Shown piece after piece: positions 37,204 through 50,129 of a stretch of DNA of 64,000 bases (the first letter of the stretch is position 1; each line of letters opens with the position of its first letter). The stretch is taken from the NCBI RefSeq assembly GCF_006345805.1, contig NC_043005.1, positions 33,170,001 through 33,234,000 of the forward strand. Reading direction: 5' to 3'. The translations under genes were made by a program, and so were the position numbers. The notes under the pieces are model-generated. The model did no database searches. It saw only the letters and a program-made list of their open reading frames with translations, and had not been told where the DNA came from. The stretch comes from Octopus sinensis. Lineage: Eukaryota.

Positions 37204-37790
37204 ATACAAGGTGCGATAGGTAAATTGTTGCCATCGTATATTTTTGATTTCGCACATGCGCATTGTTTGTTTTTGATTTTGTCGACTACACAGTATAGTA
37301 GGGTCAGCTGGGTACTGTCTGTGAGAAAAACAGCACCATGACGCAATTTACTCTGCCAGAAATTTGAAAATGACATGCTTGACTGCTTGGCATTCACGCC
37401 AGAAGCTCCAATGCGAACATTTCAGAATGTTTGGGTGTTAATCTGAGGATAGTGCAGATGATTCGGAAAGTGTTGGATGAGTCTAATCGTGATTATGAAG
37501 GTACGGCAGCTCGGAAAACTCACTCAGATCGTTCTGATAAGAAAAGAACTCCTGAATTTATTGGTGAGATCCAGGCCATAATTGACTACGATTCCTCCAA
37601 GTCAATCAGGTCCATCGCCAGGGACATGAGAGTGTCTGAGTTTCTTATCAGGCAGGTAGTGCATGAAGACATTCGGTATTCCTCATACAAGATGATGAGA
37701 AAGGGCCAATTTTTATCCCAAGTCATCAAGGGCAATAGGGAAGACCATGCTACGAAGCTTTTGAACAAACTCAAGCATCCCTCCAACCGG
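37204..37790 (+). mobile_element. Tc1/mariner (maT/DD37D-like) transposon, 5' part
   Basis: TACAAGGTGCG terminus; KRTPEFIGEIQAII..KSIRSIARDMRVSEFLIRQVVHEDIRYSSYK; same family as 51790-52765. Confidence 0.75.
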
Positions 37791-38044
37791 CTAGTAGATT
37801 TAAAATGTGGGGGGTTAAAAAGGTAATCCTATCATCAAAAGTTGTGAGACTCTACTTGGCTCTCTAAAGCAACCAGCCTGTACATCCCCCCCCCCTCTTT
37901 ATATATTCGCGAAGATCAATGCTAACCTGATTCTCCACTTAGCAAGACAAAATATTAAAATATAAGACAAAGGTGATAGAGTTCTGTTTTGCTCTCACTA
38001 CTGTTCCTCTATTTCTTACTTGCATTGTGCGAATTTTCGTAAGA

Positions 38045-38165
38045 AGAAGTTTGCTTCCCAACCACATGGTTACGAGTTTAGTCATTCTGCGTGGTACCTT
38101 GGGCACGTGTACTATAGCCTCGGGTAACCAAAGCCTTGTAAGTGTATTTGGTAGACAGAAACTTA
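38045..38165 (+). mobile_element. SINE family A, 5' part
   Basis: CTTCCCAACCACATGGTT...TATAGCCTCGGG..AAGCCTTGTAAGTGTATTTGGTAGACAGAAACT. Confidence 0.8.
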
Positions 38166-38245
38166 TAAATAACCGTGACCGCGTGTGAACCGTTGGCGAT
38201 TTTTTCCCCTCCGTCTTCCCTTCTCTGGATATTTCCTTTTCCTAT

Positions 38246-38280
38246 GTTTCTGACGAAGAGCTCCGCTCGAAACGTAAAAC
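38246..38280 (+). ncRNA. Intact minimal type I hammerhead ribozyme (35 nt)
   Basis: Stem I GTTT/AAAC; CTGACGA at 38250-38256; extra A; stem II GAGC-TCC-GCTC; GAAA; palindromic A-CG-T; GTA triplet with predicted cleavage after 38276. Lies in a ~220 bp repeat at 38165-38385. Confidence 0.8.
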
Positions 38281-38380
38281 CCTCCTTCTTCCCTTCATTC
38301 TTGAGCGTCCAATAATACTATATTTGTTCCACGTCCTCGCGTTGTTGTTGTTTTCTCTTTGTGTTTTCATGTTTGGATTA

Positions 38381-38420
<40 letters not shown>

Positions 38421-38760
38421 CATACCAATGTGTGTGTGTGTGTGTGTAAAGTCACAATATATAGACTCAAACAATCCGGCAGTACTCATAGTTTGTCATA
38501 CCACAAACCATATGGAGTATACTGTAATACGCAAGAGAAAAAAATAAGGAGATTATAAAGATATAAACGATAGAAAAATATTTCTCCATCGTTTATATCT
38601 TTATATGTGTGTGTATGCATGTATGTATATATAAACACACATATATATAAACATATATATATTCACACATATATACATATATGCATGTATTGATCAAAGA
38701 ATGTGTGTGTGTGTTTGTGTGTGTGTGTGGGTGCGCGTGTGTGTTCATGCGTGTACATAT

Positions 38761-39480
38761 ACACTGCGTTTCGAATTATTAACGACGTAACATTTTTTAT
38801 TTTTTATTTAAAATCTACTCGTTGGAATTCAACGAAATTTCCACAGAATTATGGCAACAGTTATATGCCCGTGGTGTGTAAAAAACGTGAGGTTTTACGC
38901 AAAGTCTAAATAAACTGCGGTCATTTGCATAATTTCCACAAACTTTCAGTGTTCCAAATTATTAATGGGATCTGATAATCGTGTCATTGGGGGTCGTAAA
39001 TGTGACTTAACTGCTTCAGAGAAATTTGTTATTACTTCTGAAGTTGCAAAATGTAATTCAACATTAGAAATATCTGAAATAATTGGAAGATATCACCAAG
39101 CTATGAAGAGTTTGTTACAGTTCCTACGAAGATACGTAAGCGAGCCGACAAGTGTCAGTCGAGGGCTGTTTCTCGACGTTCTCTATTACGAATTAAGCGT
39201 GAAGCTGTAAAGAATCCAGCTCTTACAAGTGGAGAACGTTTCAAATGCATTGGCGACAAAACTGTGTCCAGAACTACCCGCTGTTGTCTGCTGAAAAAGA
39301 TCGCTAAACCAGTGACATCAGTTAAAAGGCCTTCTTTATACAAAATACACACAAAATCGTCTGAAATGGGCAGAAGATAACACGAAGGTCAACTTCTCAA
39401 AAGTTTTGTTTACGGACAAATCTCGTGCAGCCTTTGATGAACCTGTTGACTGGAGCAAGAGATGAGTTGTAAATGGATGA
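38761..39480 (+). mobile_element. Decayed Tc1-type transposon, 5' part
   Basis: GRKCDLTASEK, RIKREAVKNP, RLKWAE and FSKVLFTDKSR (first catalytic D motif); CACTGCGTTTCGAATTATT is a likely terminus. Confidence 0.7.
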
Positions 39481-39888
39481 AATGTGGGAGTTTTTTGTGG
39501 TGTTTGGCAGGTGCCCGAACCTTAAAATTCATGTCTGGGCTCATATGTGTATGTGTTTTCATTTGTGCATGTTTTGGTTAAAAACTTTGCTGTGTTCTTA
39601 TGATGTAATGGTGGGAGGGCCGAAGGCAAATGATCTAATGATTATAGTCAAGTTGGGGCCAATAGGTAAGATAATATCTAAATTCTCTCACGAGGACAAG
39701 GGGCTAAAAATGTCATTTGCGTAACTTAGATAGATGGACGGGTGTTAAAAATATTTTAAGGTGACTTCCTTTTTGTCAACTAAACATAATCTGCATTTTC
39801 TGCTACTATTTAAATATGGCTTGCAAAATTTTCTACTTGATGTATTCCGCGGAGCTTTCTTTTAAAGATTATACATATATACATATAC

Positions 39889-39919
<31 letters not shown>

Positions 39920-40029
39920 TGTATGTATGTATGCAAGTGGGGAATAACACAAAAACTCGTGTAGACAATAAAACAATAACAATTAATAAAACTTCCCAAA
40001 TAATGGGGAGTTCCACCCAGAGACGATCA

Positions 40030-41520
40030 AGAAACTTCACACATCCTGCAACCCTGCCTCTCATTACAGGTTGTGCAATGGATGCGTAAATTTCAAAGTT
40101 GTCAAGAATGTGCGCTATTGTTCGCATGTTCGAAACCCTAATCTCGCTGGCAGCTATCGTTACAACTCTAGCGACCCGAGATCATTGAGCAAGTGACCTT
40201 GCTTCCAAGACGACCCCTGGCCACGTACATATATACAACTTAGTCTAATAATTGCCATGTTGGCCGGAAAGAGTTGAGATAATGGAAAAGAGTGGGGTTA
40301 CTCACACTCCTGGTGTTGTTGGCGGTCAGACCTTCGACGGGGTTTCTCTGGGAATCCCTTTCAAAGTCTGTGGCTTTTACATTAAGGACTTCTACGTTGT
40401 AGTAAAAATCTCCTTAATATTTTCACATACTGTTAGTGGATTGTGCACTAACAATAACTCTTTCGGTACTTTAAGAGTGCTGGTGTCCATATATTGCACC
40501 CCTCTCTCACTCTCTTTATTTGGAGCTATGGGTGTCATCAAATTTTTGTTTGCTCTCGCCATACGAAATTTGGAGTGCCTGTAGTTGACTTCTTTTGTAA
40601 GCTATCATTTGGAGGTGAGGTCGGATTGTAGTGTTGCTTGTACTGGTGGCGACAGTGTTGTTTGTGTTAACGTTTGTGGAGCTGGTGGGGCTTGAGATAT
40701 TGTCGGTGCGACTGTGCCTGCTGCGCGCTCTCTGCGTTCTCCGGTGCGTGTACCGGTGTGAGGCCGGATGTTTTTTTCCTGTGTTTTCCTTTTTGCTCTT
40801 TGGGGTTTTTCTTTTCGGTTTATGGGGTTCCTCCTCGTCTTGACTTTGTGATGTGGAGGAACCAGAGTCTGTGGAGTTCGTCCCATATATGGGCAGGTGT
40901 GAGTGTGTGCTTATGTGTGTATCTATGTGTGAGTGTATGTTTGAGTGTATGAGTGTATGAGTGTATGTGTGAGTGTATGAGTGAGAGATGGAGATCTGGG
41001 TTGAGGAACGCCGTGAGTGGTCCTCTGTGTCAAAATTCATTTCGATGTTGGTGATAACAGTGATGGTGGTGCTGCTGGGGGCTGTTGTCATTGCTGTTGC
41101 TGCTACTGTTGCTACTGCTTCTGCTTTTCCTGCTACTACTGTTTCTGCTACTCCTCATTTTGCTGCTGCTGTTGCTACCGTCGGCCCTTCATTCGTAGAT
41201 GGGGTTACCGCTAGAAACTCTAATACCGCCTGTCATTTTGGTGGTGTGATTTTTTCTTTGTGATGCACTGGCCACTGTTGCTGTTCTTGCAGCACTTTTC
41301 TTGCGATGTTGTAGATGTTGTTGTTGTTGTAGCAGTACCTCTGACGTCAGTACTGGAACATCATTTCCCCCTTTTTGTTTTTGTTGTGTAAGCAGAACGC
41401 CCGTACATGATCCGCCGTTCCTCAAACATAGCATCTCGGTCGTCTGCTCTCCACTCTCACTCTTAACTCTGTTCCATACTTTATTGTTTTTCAACCGTGA
41501 AATAATGAAAGGTAAAGTTT
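40030..41520 (-). mobile_element. Tx1/L1-clade internal fragment: ORF1 CCHC knuckle, low-complexity tail, ORF2 APE start
   Basis: RRPRCYV*GTADHVRAFC at ~41390-41450; MAIIRLSCIYVRGQGSSWKQGHLLNDL from ~40258. Confidence 0.7.
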
Positions 41521-41529
41521 TCTTTGGCA

Positions 41530-41837
41530 GGATTTGATCTCAGAATGGTTCAGAAGAGCTGGAATAAATTAAGTGCCGCTAAGCATTTTGTCCGACGTGC
41601 TAACTATTCTGCCAGTCCACCACTCAAACCAATATTAATAATCCTTTCTACTATAGGCACAAGGCCTGAAATTTTGAAGGATGGGGAAAATAGATCACAT
41701 CGACCCTAGTACTTGAATAGTATGAAAGGCAAAGTCGATCTCGTTGGAATTTGAACTCAGAACGTACAGACGGACAAATACCGCTAAGCATTTTGCCCGA
41801 CGTGCTAACGACTCTGCCAGCTCGTAGGTTTCAAACC

Positions 41838-41873
<36 letters not shown>

Positions 41874-42090
41874 TGCTTTCCAATATAAATACAAGATCAA
41901 AGATTTGAGGGAAGGGAAGTACTTGATTACGTCAGTATTTGGGTGGTATTTTATTTTATGACATTGAAAGGATGAAATTTGTAAAGTTGATTTCTACACA
42001 ATTTGAAACTCAGAATGTAAAGAGCAGAAACAAATATTATAATACTATACGGCATTTTCTCCAACGCTCTACCGATTCGACCACCTTTAC
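41530..42090 (-). mobile_element. Cluster of three partial SINE family B copies
   Basis: Repeated CCGCTAAGCATTTTG(T/C)CCGACGTGCTAAC and AAAGGCAAAGTCGA..AATTTGAACTCAGAA blocks. Confidence 0.75.
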
Positions 42091-42744
42091 CATAATAATA
42101 AACCCCCAAATGACCGTTAACTGGCTAATGTCACCTAGTTATCCCTTGCTCACATTTGAAAAAAATATCAAAACTGCTCCACTTCCGCTTCCGCCTTCTC
42201 CTCCTCCTCCTCCACCTCCCTTCCTCCGCCTCCTCCTCTTATTCCTACAAATTATTTTTTGTTTACTTCCCCCCTTTTCTCTTCCTTTTTCTCCTCTTTT
42301 TCTTCTACTACTTTATTTTTCTTTCATTTCTTTTTCAGCTTTTTTGTTTCTTTTCTGTTCAACCCTCCTTATCTACTTCTTTTCTTCGTCTTCGTTTTCA
42401 TCTTTTTCTTCTTTCTAATTCTTTATCTTCCTTTCTTAACGTTTTCATTGCATTTTCTATTCTTTTTCTATCTCTCCTCTTTCTCTTCCTTTTCTCTATA
42501 ACCCTCCTTACTCACATTCTATTACTTTTCTTCTTTTTCGTTTCCAACTATTTTTCTCCTCTTGACCGTCCTTTTATTCTCGGCCTATTTCTCCTCGCCA
42601 CTTTCTTCATCTTCCTCTTTGTCTTTTATCTTGTTTTTCTTCATCATCACTTTCTTCCTTATCACCCTCTTCTCCACCTTCCTTTTCGCCTCCCACTCAG
42701 TCACACAAAATTCATTTATTAGATATCTCTAAGCATCTCACATT

Positions 42745-43450
<706 letters not shown>

Positions 43451-43729
43451 CATTTTTTTTTTCATTTCATCGCTGATATATATTGTTCTTCTCTGTTTCT
43501 TGCATATTATTTTAGTGTCACTTTCTCCCTAGGTGATATTTCTAAGTCTTTCTTTTCACATATTTCATATTTCCATACAATATCTTGTTTTCTTTACTTA
43601 ATTTCTTTTCGCTATCTTGCTTACCACGGTGGTTGTTTTGCTTCGTTTCTTGTTTTCTTTGGGGTGGCTTTAATGCTTATTTTCCTTACTTATTTCTTGG
43701 GCTGCTGCATATAACATACGACCGACATT

Positions 43730-43787
43730 GCTACTGCTGTTGTTGTTGCTGTTATTGTTGTTGTTATTATTATTATTATTATTATTG

Positions 43788-43820
<33 letters not shown>

Positions 43821-43985
43821 GCTATCGTATGTGCAAGAGGGTAACATTACCAGCACATTCCAATGTAAGCCATTACGTTATCTTCATCGTATTTTTCAGA
43901 GAGAGAGAGAAGAAAGTGCATCAGTTTCAACACCAACATTGTAATGTAGAGAAGAATTAAGGCAGATAACGACAATAACAGCAGC

Positions 43986-44051
<66 letters not shown>

Positions 44052-44228
44052 GAGGAGCAGGAGGAGGATTACGATGATGATGAAGGGGGTAAATGTAATA
44101 ATAATAAAAATAATGTGTAGTAAGAATAATGATAATAGTAATGACGACAACGACAATAATATCAATAACAACAAAGACAACGATGACAACAACAATAACG
44201 ATAATATGAATGATGATGATGATAATGG

Positions 44229-44290
<62 letters not shown>

Positions 44291-44294
44291 GTGG

Positions 44295-44370
<76 letters not shown>
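43730..44370. repeat. (TTG)n/(ATT)n/(AAT)n/(GAT)n trinucleotide arrays
   Basis: Seen directly; source of the poly-D, poly-M and poly-I pseudo-ORFs. Confidence 0.95.
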
Positions 44371-44375
<5 letters not shown>

Positions 44376-44559
44376 CTTTATTTACCACAAAGGGTTTACA
44401 TTCAGAAAAAAAAAACATGAACAATACAAGACAAAAGAAAGAATGTGTATGTATGTGTGTGAGAGTGTGTTTTGTGAGGGTTTGGTGTTTAAACAATATT
44501 AACATAATGAAACAAAAAAATCAACAATGTGTAATCCTCAATAGAGAGGAGACGTTCGA

Positions 44560-47410
44560 GGGCTACTCATGGAAAAACTCCATAAAAACCATGGGTACCC
44601 TGACTCTTGGGGCAGGTGCCTTTTTTCCTTCTTTTTCTCTAATTAGAGGCGTATGCTCAGGGCAGGTCCGTTCACTCGCATCATTCTCGCCACATTCATC
44701 CACCTTTTAGCAAATTGACTTGAAGACAACAATTCCCTCTCTACCCTTATTTTCCTTTTCAAGTGAAACTTGAAGAAGTTGGTCAGAGATTGACCAAAGA
44801 GAAAACTGTTCGCCTTCAGTCCCTTGGACATGCTCGGCTGACAGCACTTCTGTGTCTGTATAGTTTATGTCAAACAGGCAAAGCTCCCCGGTACCACTAC
44901 CGGGTCAGAGATTTTGGGAAGTTATCCATTCGCCCTAGGCCGAAAGTTCAAGAACGTCGTCGCACTTTCCCGCCATTAACTCTGAATAGAAAGCTGTGAA
45001 GGTTCCACCTATCGTAGTATCCGACTGGCTGAGGACTGCAAGTACTTGAAAACATTCCACGTTCCAAATGCCTTCCCTCAGTCTCTGTTTGACCCAGGGC
45101 TGCAGCTACGTTAAAGAGACCAGCTGGGGAAATACGCGTCTGGCAAACGGCTACCATACCTGTTCAACGTTAAGGAAGCATTGGAGATGTCGTAACCATG
45201 GCATGCCCAAGCTACCACTCAGCGGGTATTGACTGCAGAAGTAGCTTCTTCTTGGCCAATTTCTCGGTGAGAGTAGTCATCCTGCTCTTTACCTCGCCCC
45301 AGTTTTTGTCCATTTGGAAGTCCGGACCACACCAGACACCCGAGCAATTTAACCGGTCGTCTGTCAGTCCAACGCCCAACGACGCAGTTGGATGGCATGG
45401 ACTAGCTTCTCCAGGTGCTGGGCCGCAAGACCAATGGTTTTCCTGGTTGATCGTCGTTCATGATAGCGCCTGAAAACGGTGCCGATCATTGCCATGTGTT
45501 TATTTTCCGACACCACTATGGTGACGTCGTCGGCATATGTGGATACGCATCTTCCACCCCCTAGACCACGCGGGGTGCCTATCAACGTCTCCAGCTTGTC
45601 TAGTCGTACGTGCAAGAGTGACGAGAGGCGGCAACCTTGCCGGACCCAGTGCATGATGTTGAACAGCTCTGAGAAGTGACCTTCACTCTGACTACTGAAT
45701 AGATGTTGCTGTGCATTGCAGCTATCCAGCCCTTAATACAGGCTCGAAACCAGCTGCCTTGAGGACCACCGCCAAATATAGATGGTCGACCCTATCAAAA
45801 GCTTTTGATTGATCTAAACCCGTGTCAGATTATTCTTTAGCCACATTCTCTATGATGTATCGCATGTAGTGAGGGTTGTTGTGGATGGATCTTTCCGGGA
45901 TGGTGCATGTCTGCGCCTCCCCAACCAGATCACAGACAAGTGCAAACCTCGTAGCTAATACCTTGGCTAAAATTTTGAACTCTGCATTCAGCAGAGTTAT
46001 AGGTCTAATATTGTCTATACAGTCCCTCTTGTTCAGGTCTTTTTTCAGCAACATCACCACTCCTCGGCTCACAAAACTGGGAATTCTCCCACTCTCTTGC
46101 CAGTTGAAATAAACGTTTGCCAAGAGGTCGCTGAACAAGTCTGGTATGTAAGCGTAAAGGTTGTTGGACAGACCATCCAAACCAGATGATTTACTCCTCG
46201 TGCAGCTATTCATTGCTTCCCGTATTTCAAAGGCTGTTATCGGCCTTTCGTAGCGCTCCGTCCCCCTCACCGAGAGCCGCGGCAATCCGTCAAGGTTGGA
46301 AGTGAAATCTACCCTGCGACCTAACTCGCTGCTTCTCCCGAACAGTTAAGCGAAGCGCCACTGAAAAGCCGCACACATCTGTTTCGGGTCAATTATTTGC
46401 CCGTCGTAACCCAGTAAGGATAGGATCGTGGATATATTACCACGCCGTGCCTTTGCCACTTGAACCCATTGAACGGCTTTCGTCTCTTCATTGTTGTTCT
46501 TGTTGTGATTGTGTGGGGGGGGATTGTTCCAGGTGTTTGTGGTAGTGGAGACAATGCAGTGCCTTTGTTGCTTTTGTTTTTTTCCTCTCCACTGCTTGTG
46601 TGGATGAGGATTATTGTTTGTCCATAGATTTGTTTTCCTTCTTGTCTTTCCTTCTTTTTTATTTTGTCTTCCACTCCTCGTCCCGATCATATTCTCCACA
46701 TGTGATGCCCACTTGCTCGGCATCGGGAAGTGGAACATCTTCGGATGCTGAGAAGTGTTTGGGGGAACTCGGTGTCTGTATGGTTGGTATTGGTGCTACT
46801 GTGGCTGAATCTGCTGATGGTAATGGTGGTGGTGATGCTGTTGTTGTCACTCGAGTTCTGGTGGCTGTTGTCGGTGTTGAGGGGAGAGGTGCCTGGCTTT
46901 CTTTTCCCCTCAATCTAGGGCAGAAAGCTTTTAGATATGTGATTGAAAGGCAAATGCGACACTTTGCATTCCTTCCATCTACCCTGAGTGGAATGATGTT
47001 GTCTCCAGGAATATGGATCTGGTCTGGAATGAGATCCACATTCTTTTGGTTTGTTTGAATGAAGACCTCTATCGACATCCCGGACCAGTTCTCCTTTTTG
47101 GTCTGATAGACTTCGAGGATTTTCGAGTTTTCATCGATGCCTATTGTGACTGCAGCAATTAACAAAGTGATGGTTATTTCTGGCGACATCTGTTGTATTA
47201 TTATCTTGGCCAGTCTCTGGTCGCAGTAGAAGGGAACCAATAATAGATCCTCGCTTTTGAGGGGTTTGAGAAAGTGAGATTTAGCTTCCTCTGTGTGGAA
47301 TCTCACCTCCACCATACCGTAGCCTTTTCCTTTCTGTATGTATTCCTCTAGAAGAATAAAATGCAATCGAAACCCGCATCAAAAGCTAATTTCTCTTTCA
47401 AAGAGATGCA
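44560..47410 (-). mobile_element. Tx1/L1-clade LINE with ORF1 and decayed RT, endonuclease domain deleted
   Basis: ORF 46659-47366 has an RRM-like N-terminus and CRICLSITYLKAFC. It is joined at ~46480 to the linker; then SGLDGL, IRPITLLNAEFKILAKVLA, LDQSKAFDRVD, RQGCRLS and YADDVT. Confidence 0.88.
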
Positions 47411-47419
47411 TTGACCGTG

Positions 47420-47790
47420 TGCAGCAGACAATCCGCCAACAGATAATTCGCCGACAGACAATTCGCCGATTGGACAATTGGCTGATTGGACAATAGGTCA
47501 ACATGCGGAAGTATCAATCGTGGAGTTCATCAAAACGGAGGCAGAGAGCTTCTATACAAAGGGTACGCTTATATCATTGATAAAACCAGAAAAGAAAAGA
47601 CATATTGGAGATATTTGCGCAAATCGTAAACTGTGCAGTGCTAGACAGACAACGATTGATGATGAAATTAGCACACAACTCCTTCTGAACAGGTATATCT
47701 ACTTACGCCGATTGAAAATCACGCTGCAATAGTTAAGGAAGAAATAAAGCTACTTGTTGGACGAGCTGAACAATTGCCGAGCTCTATAGT
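47420..47790 (+). mobile_element. MULE/Mutator-like remnant with FLYWCH domain
   Basis: LLYKGYAYIIDKTRKEKTYWR-(frameshift)-CANRKLCSAR, preceded by short repeats GACAATTCGCCGA. Confidence 0.6.
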
Positions 47791-47795
47791 TGAAA

Positions 47796-48003
47796 CCTAT
47801 TTCTTTACTACCCACAAGGGGCTAAACACAGAGAGGACAAACAAGGACAGACACACGGATTAAGTCGATTACATCGACCCCAGTGCGTAACTGGTACTTA
47901 ATTAATCGACCCCGAAAGGATGAAAGGCAAAGTCGACCTCGGCGGAATTTGAACTCAGAACGTAACGGCAGACGAAATACGGCTATGCATTTTGCCCGGC
48001 GTA
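47796..48003 (-). mobile_element. SINE family B, little-diverged copy
   Basis: Clean GTCGATTACATCGACCCCAGTGCGTAACTGGTACTT..GAAAGGCAAAGTCGACCTCGGCGGAATTTGAACTCAGAACG. Confidence 0.88.
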
Positions 48004-49574
48004 CTTCCGGTATCCCCTTGAGCGTTGCTGGATGTTAACCGAAAATGGAATCTCTTAAATGTACGGTGTGACGGGAAAAAAAACAGTTATTAATGAGGCT
48101 GAATTATATAAAACGCCAAGAGGTGATAATTTTTTACTGTATAGAAATGATGAGGTTTCTATATTTGGTACTGTGAAAAATTTATAAATTTTATTCAAGA
48201 TAATGTATTTCTTAATACTGCTTAAACGACAAGATGGTCACGGCTGGAGCACCTTTTGTTGTAAGTCTGATCAATCAGAACTAAAAGATGGTGGATGAAC
48301 AACAGCAGTAGCAACAATAATGTGAGAAATTCTGTTCAGTCAGTTGACCCTTTTTGTTTTTTATCTGAAAGAAGAGTCAGCGCCCATAGCCTTCTCACCC
48401 ACCCACCCCTCATCCCTACCTCAACAGCGGTGTGATTGGTAGGTTAATATTCTGCTTAAACCGTTGCAAGTCGATGATTGCAAGAAAAACAAGAGCAGGG
48501 GTGAGGAATTCTGGTGAAGGATTGACAATAGCGCTTGTTATGTAGCTTGGGGAGTTGTAAACAATTTAGATGATTAAAGAAGTAGATACCAGTGAATCTA
48601 GACGTCCTGAGTTGACATAACACCAGACATAGTCATCTCTAGGGCAATAGCGATGGAAAATGTAGGGAAGAGACAGCACGTCTTCGGCCCAGAGGCTGGA
48701 TTCTATCTATAATTGACATTATGGAAATTACATGAGTGTCCTTTTCCTAGATGCAGTCAAGAACGTCTATGTATGTAGCAGCAGCAACGTCGCAACTGCA
48801 GGAGCATACTCCATCAAGGGCCACACCTGAGTTTGAAGTTTCCGATGAGGAGGGCCAGTTATTCTTTGCTGTATTAACGATATAATAGAAACATGCCGTC
48901 AAAAATTACACGTTTTGTCTTTAAAAAAGGACACATAGTCCTCGTTCCAAAATACTTTAAACATAGATGATTATTACGGTTTTGATGCGTTTGGTTACAG
49001 GACTTTTCACTCACTCTTAACCAAGGATTAAACAACAAAAACGCCAAAACAAATATTACAATGTACCACAGTACACTGCTGTTTACTGTACGATAGAACA
49101 GTGTATTATAATTTACTATAGTGTATTGTAGAGTACTGTAATGTAATGTATAGTACTGCAGTGCAAAACAGTGTACAACAATGTACTAAAATATCTGTAC
49201 TGTACTGTAGTATTAATGGGGGTCGTACAATATTTCAGCAATACAATACATCAACGTTGTTATACTTATCTTATCTATATCGAATTTCGTAAAACTATTT
49301 ACAACGAAGGCAATAACAACAGTAACAACAGCAACCGTCATCATCATCATCATCATCATCAACATTACAACCGACAACAACAGCTACAACAACAAGTGCA
49401 AATTAAGCGACAACATGGTCGCCATAGATTGGAACTATTCATAAAAGCTACGAGACGACAGCCTGCTGTAGCAATACGGTGCAAGTGAAGCGCAACCAAG
49501 AGATAGATCGTAGCAAAGTACGTAATACAGATGTATGCATATAACTAGATTACTAGATTGAGAGTAGATAAACA

Positions 49575-49696
49575 AAGAGATAGATGTGCTTATATTTATA
49601 TATATATGTATATATATGTGTTTATATATAATATATATATAATATATATATATACATATACATATATATATATATATGTGTATATATATATAATAC

Positions 49697-49743
<47 letters not shown>

Positions 49744-49760
49744 TATATATATATACACAT

Positions 49761-49811
<51 letters not shown>

Positions 49812-49843
49812 TATATGTGTGTATATATATACATATATATATA

Positions 49844-49915
<72 letters not shown>
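49575..49915. repeat. (TA)n microsatellite
   Basis: Seen directly. Confidence 0.95.
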
Positions 49916-49918
<3 letters not shown>

Positions 49919-50129
49919 TATAGTTATGCACAAAAGAGGCGATACTTTACAGGACGCCTTACATGCTAGAGAGGGCAGCCAAACCCAAACACGAAAAAGA
50001 GTAATTCTAAAGAGAATGAAAACAGCAATTATTTACAGTTAATCCCAAACTCGAATTTCTGTATTAACGAACAAATAAATTAATTTGTCATATTTACTTC
50101 ATCAATGGTATCGCCTGAGACAATATATA

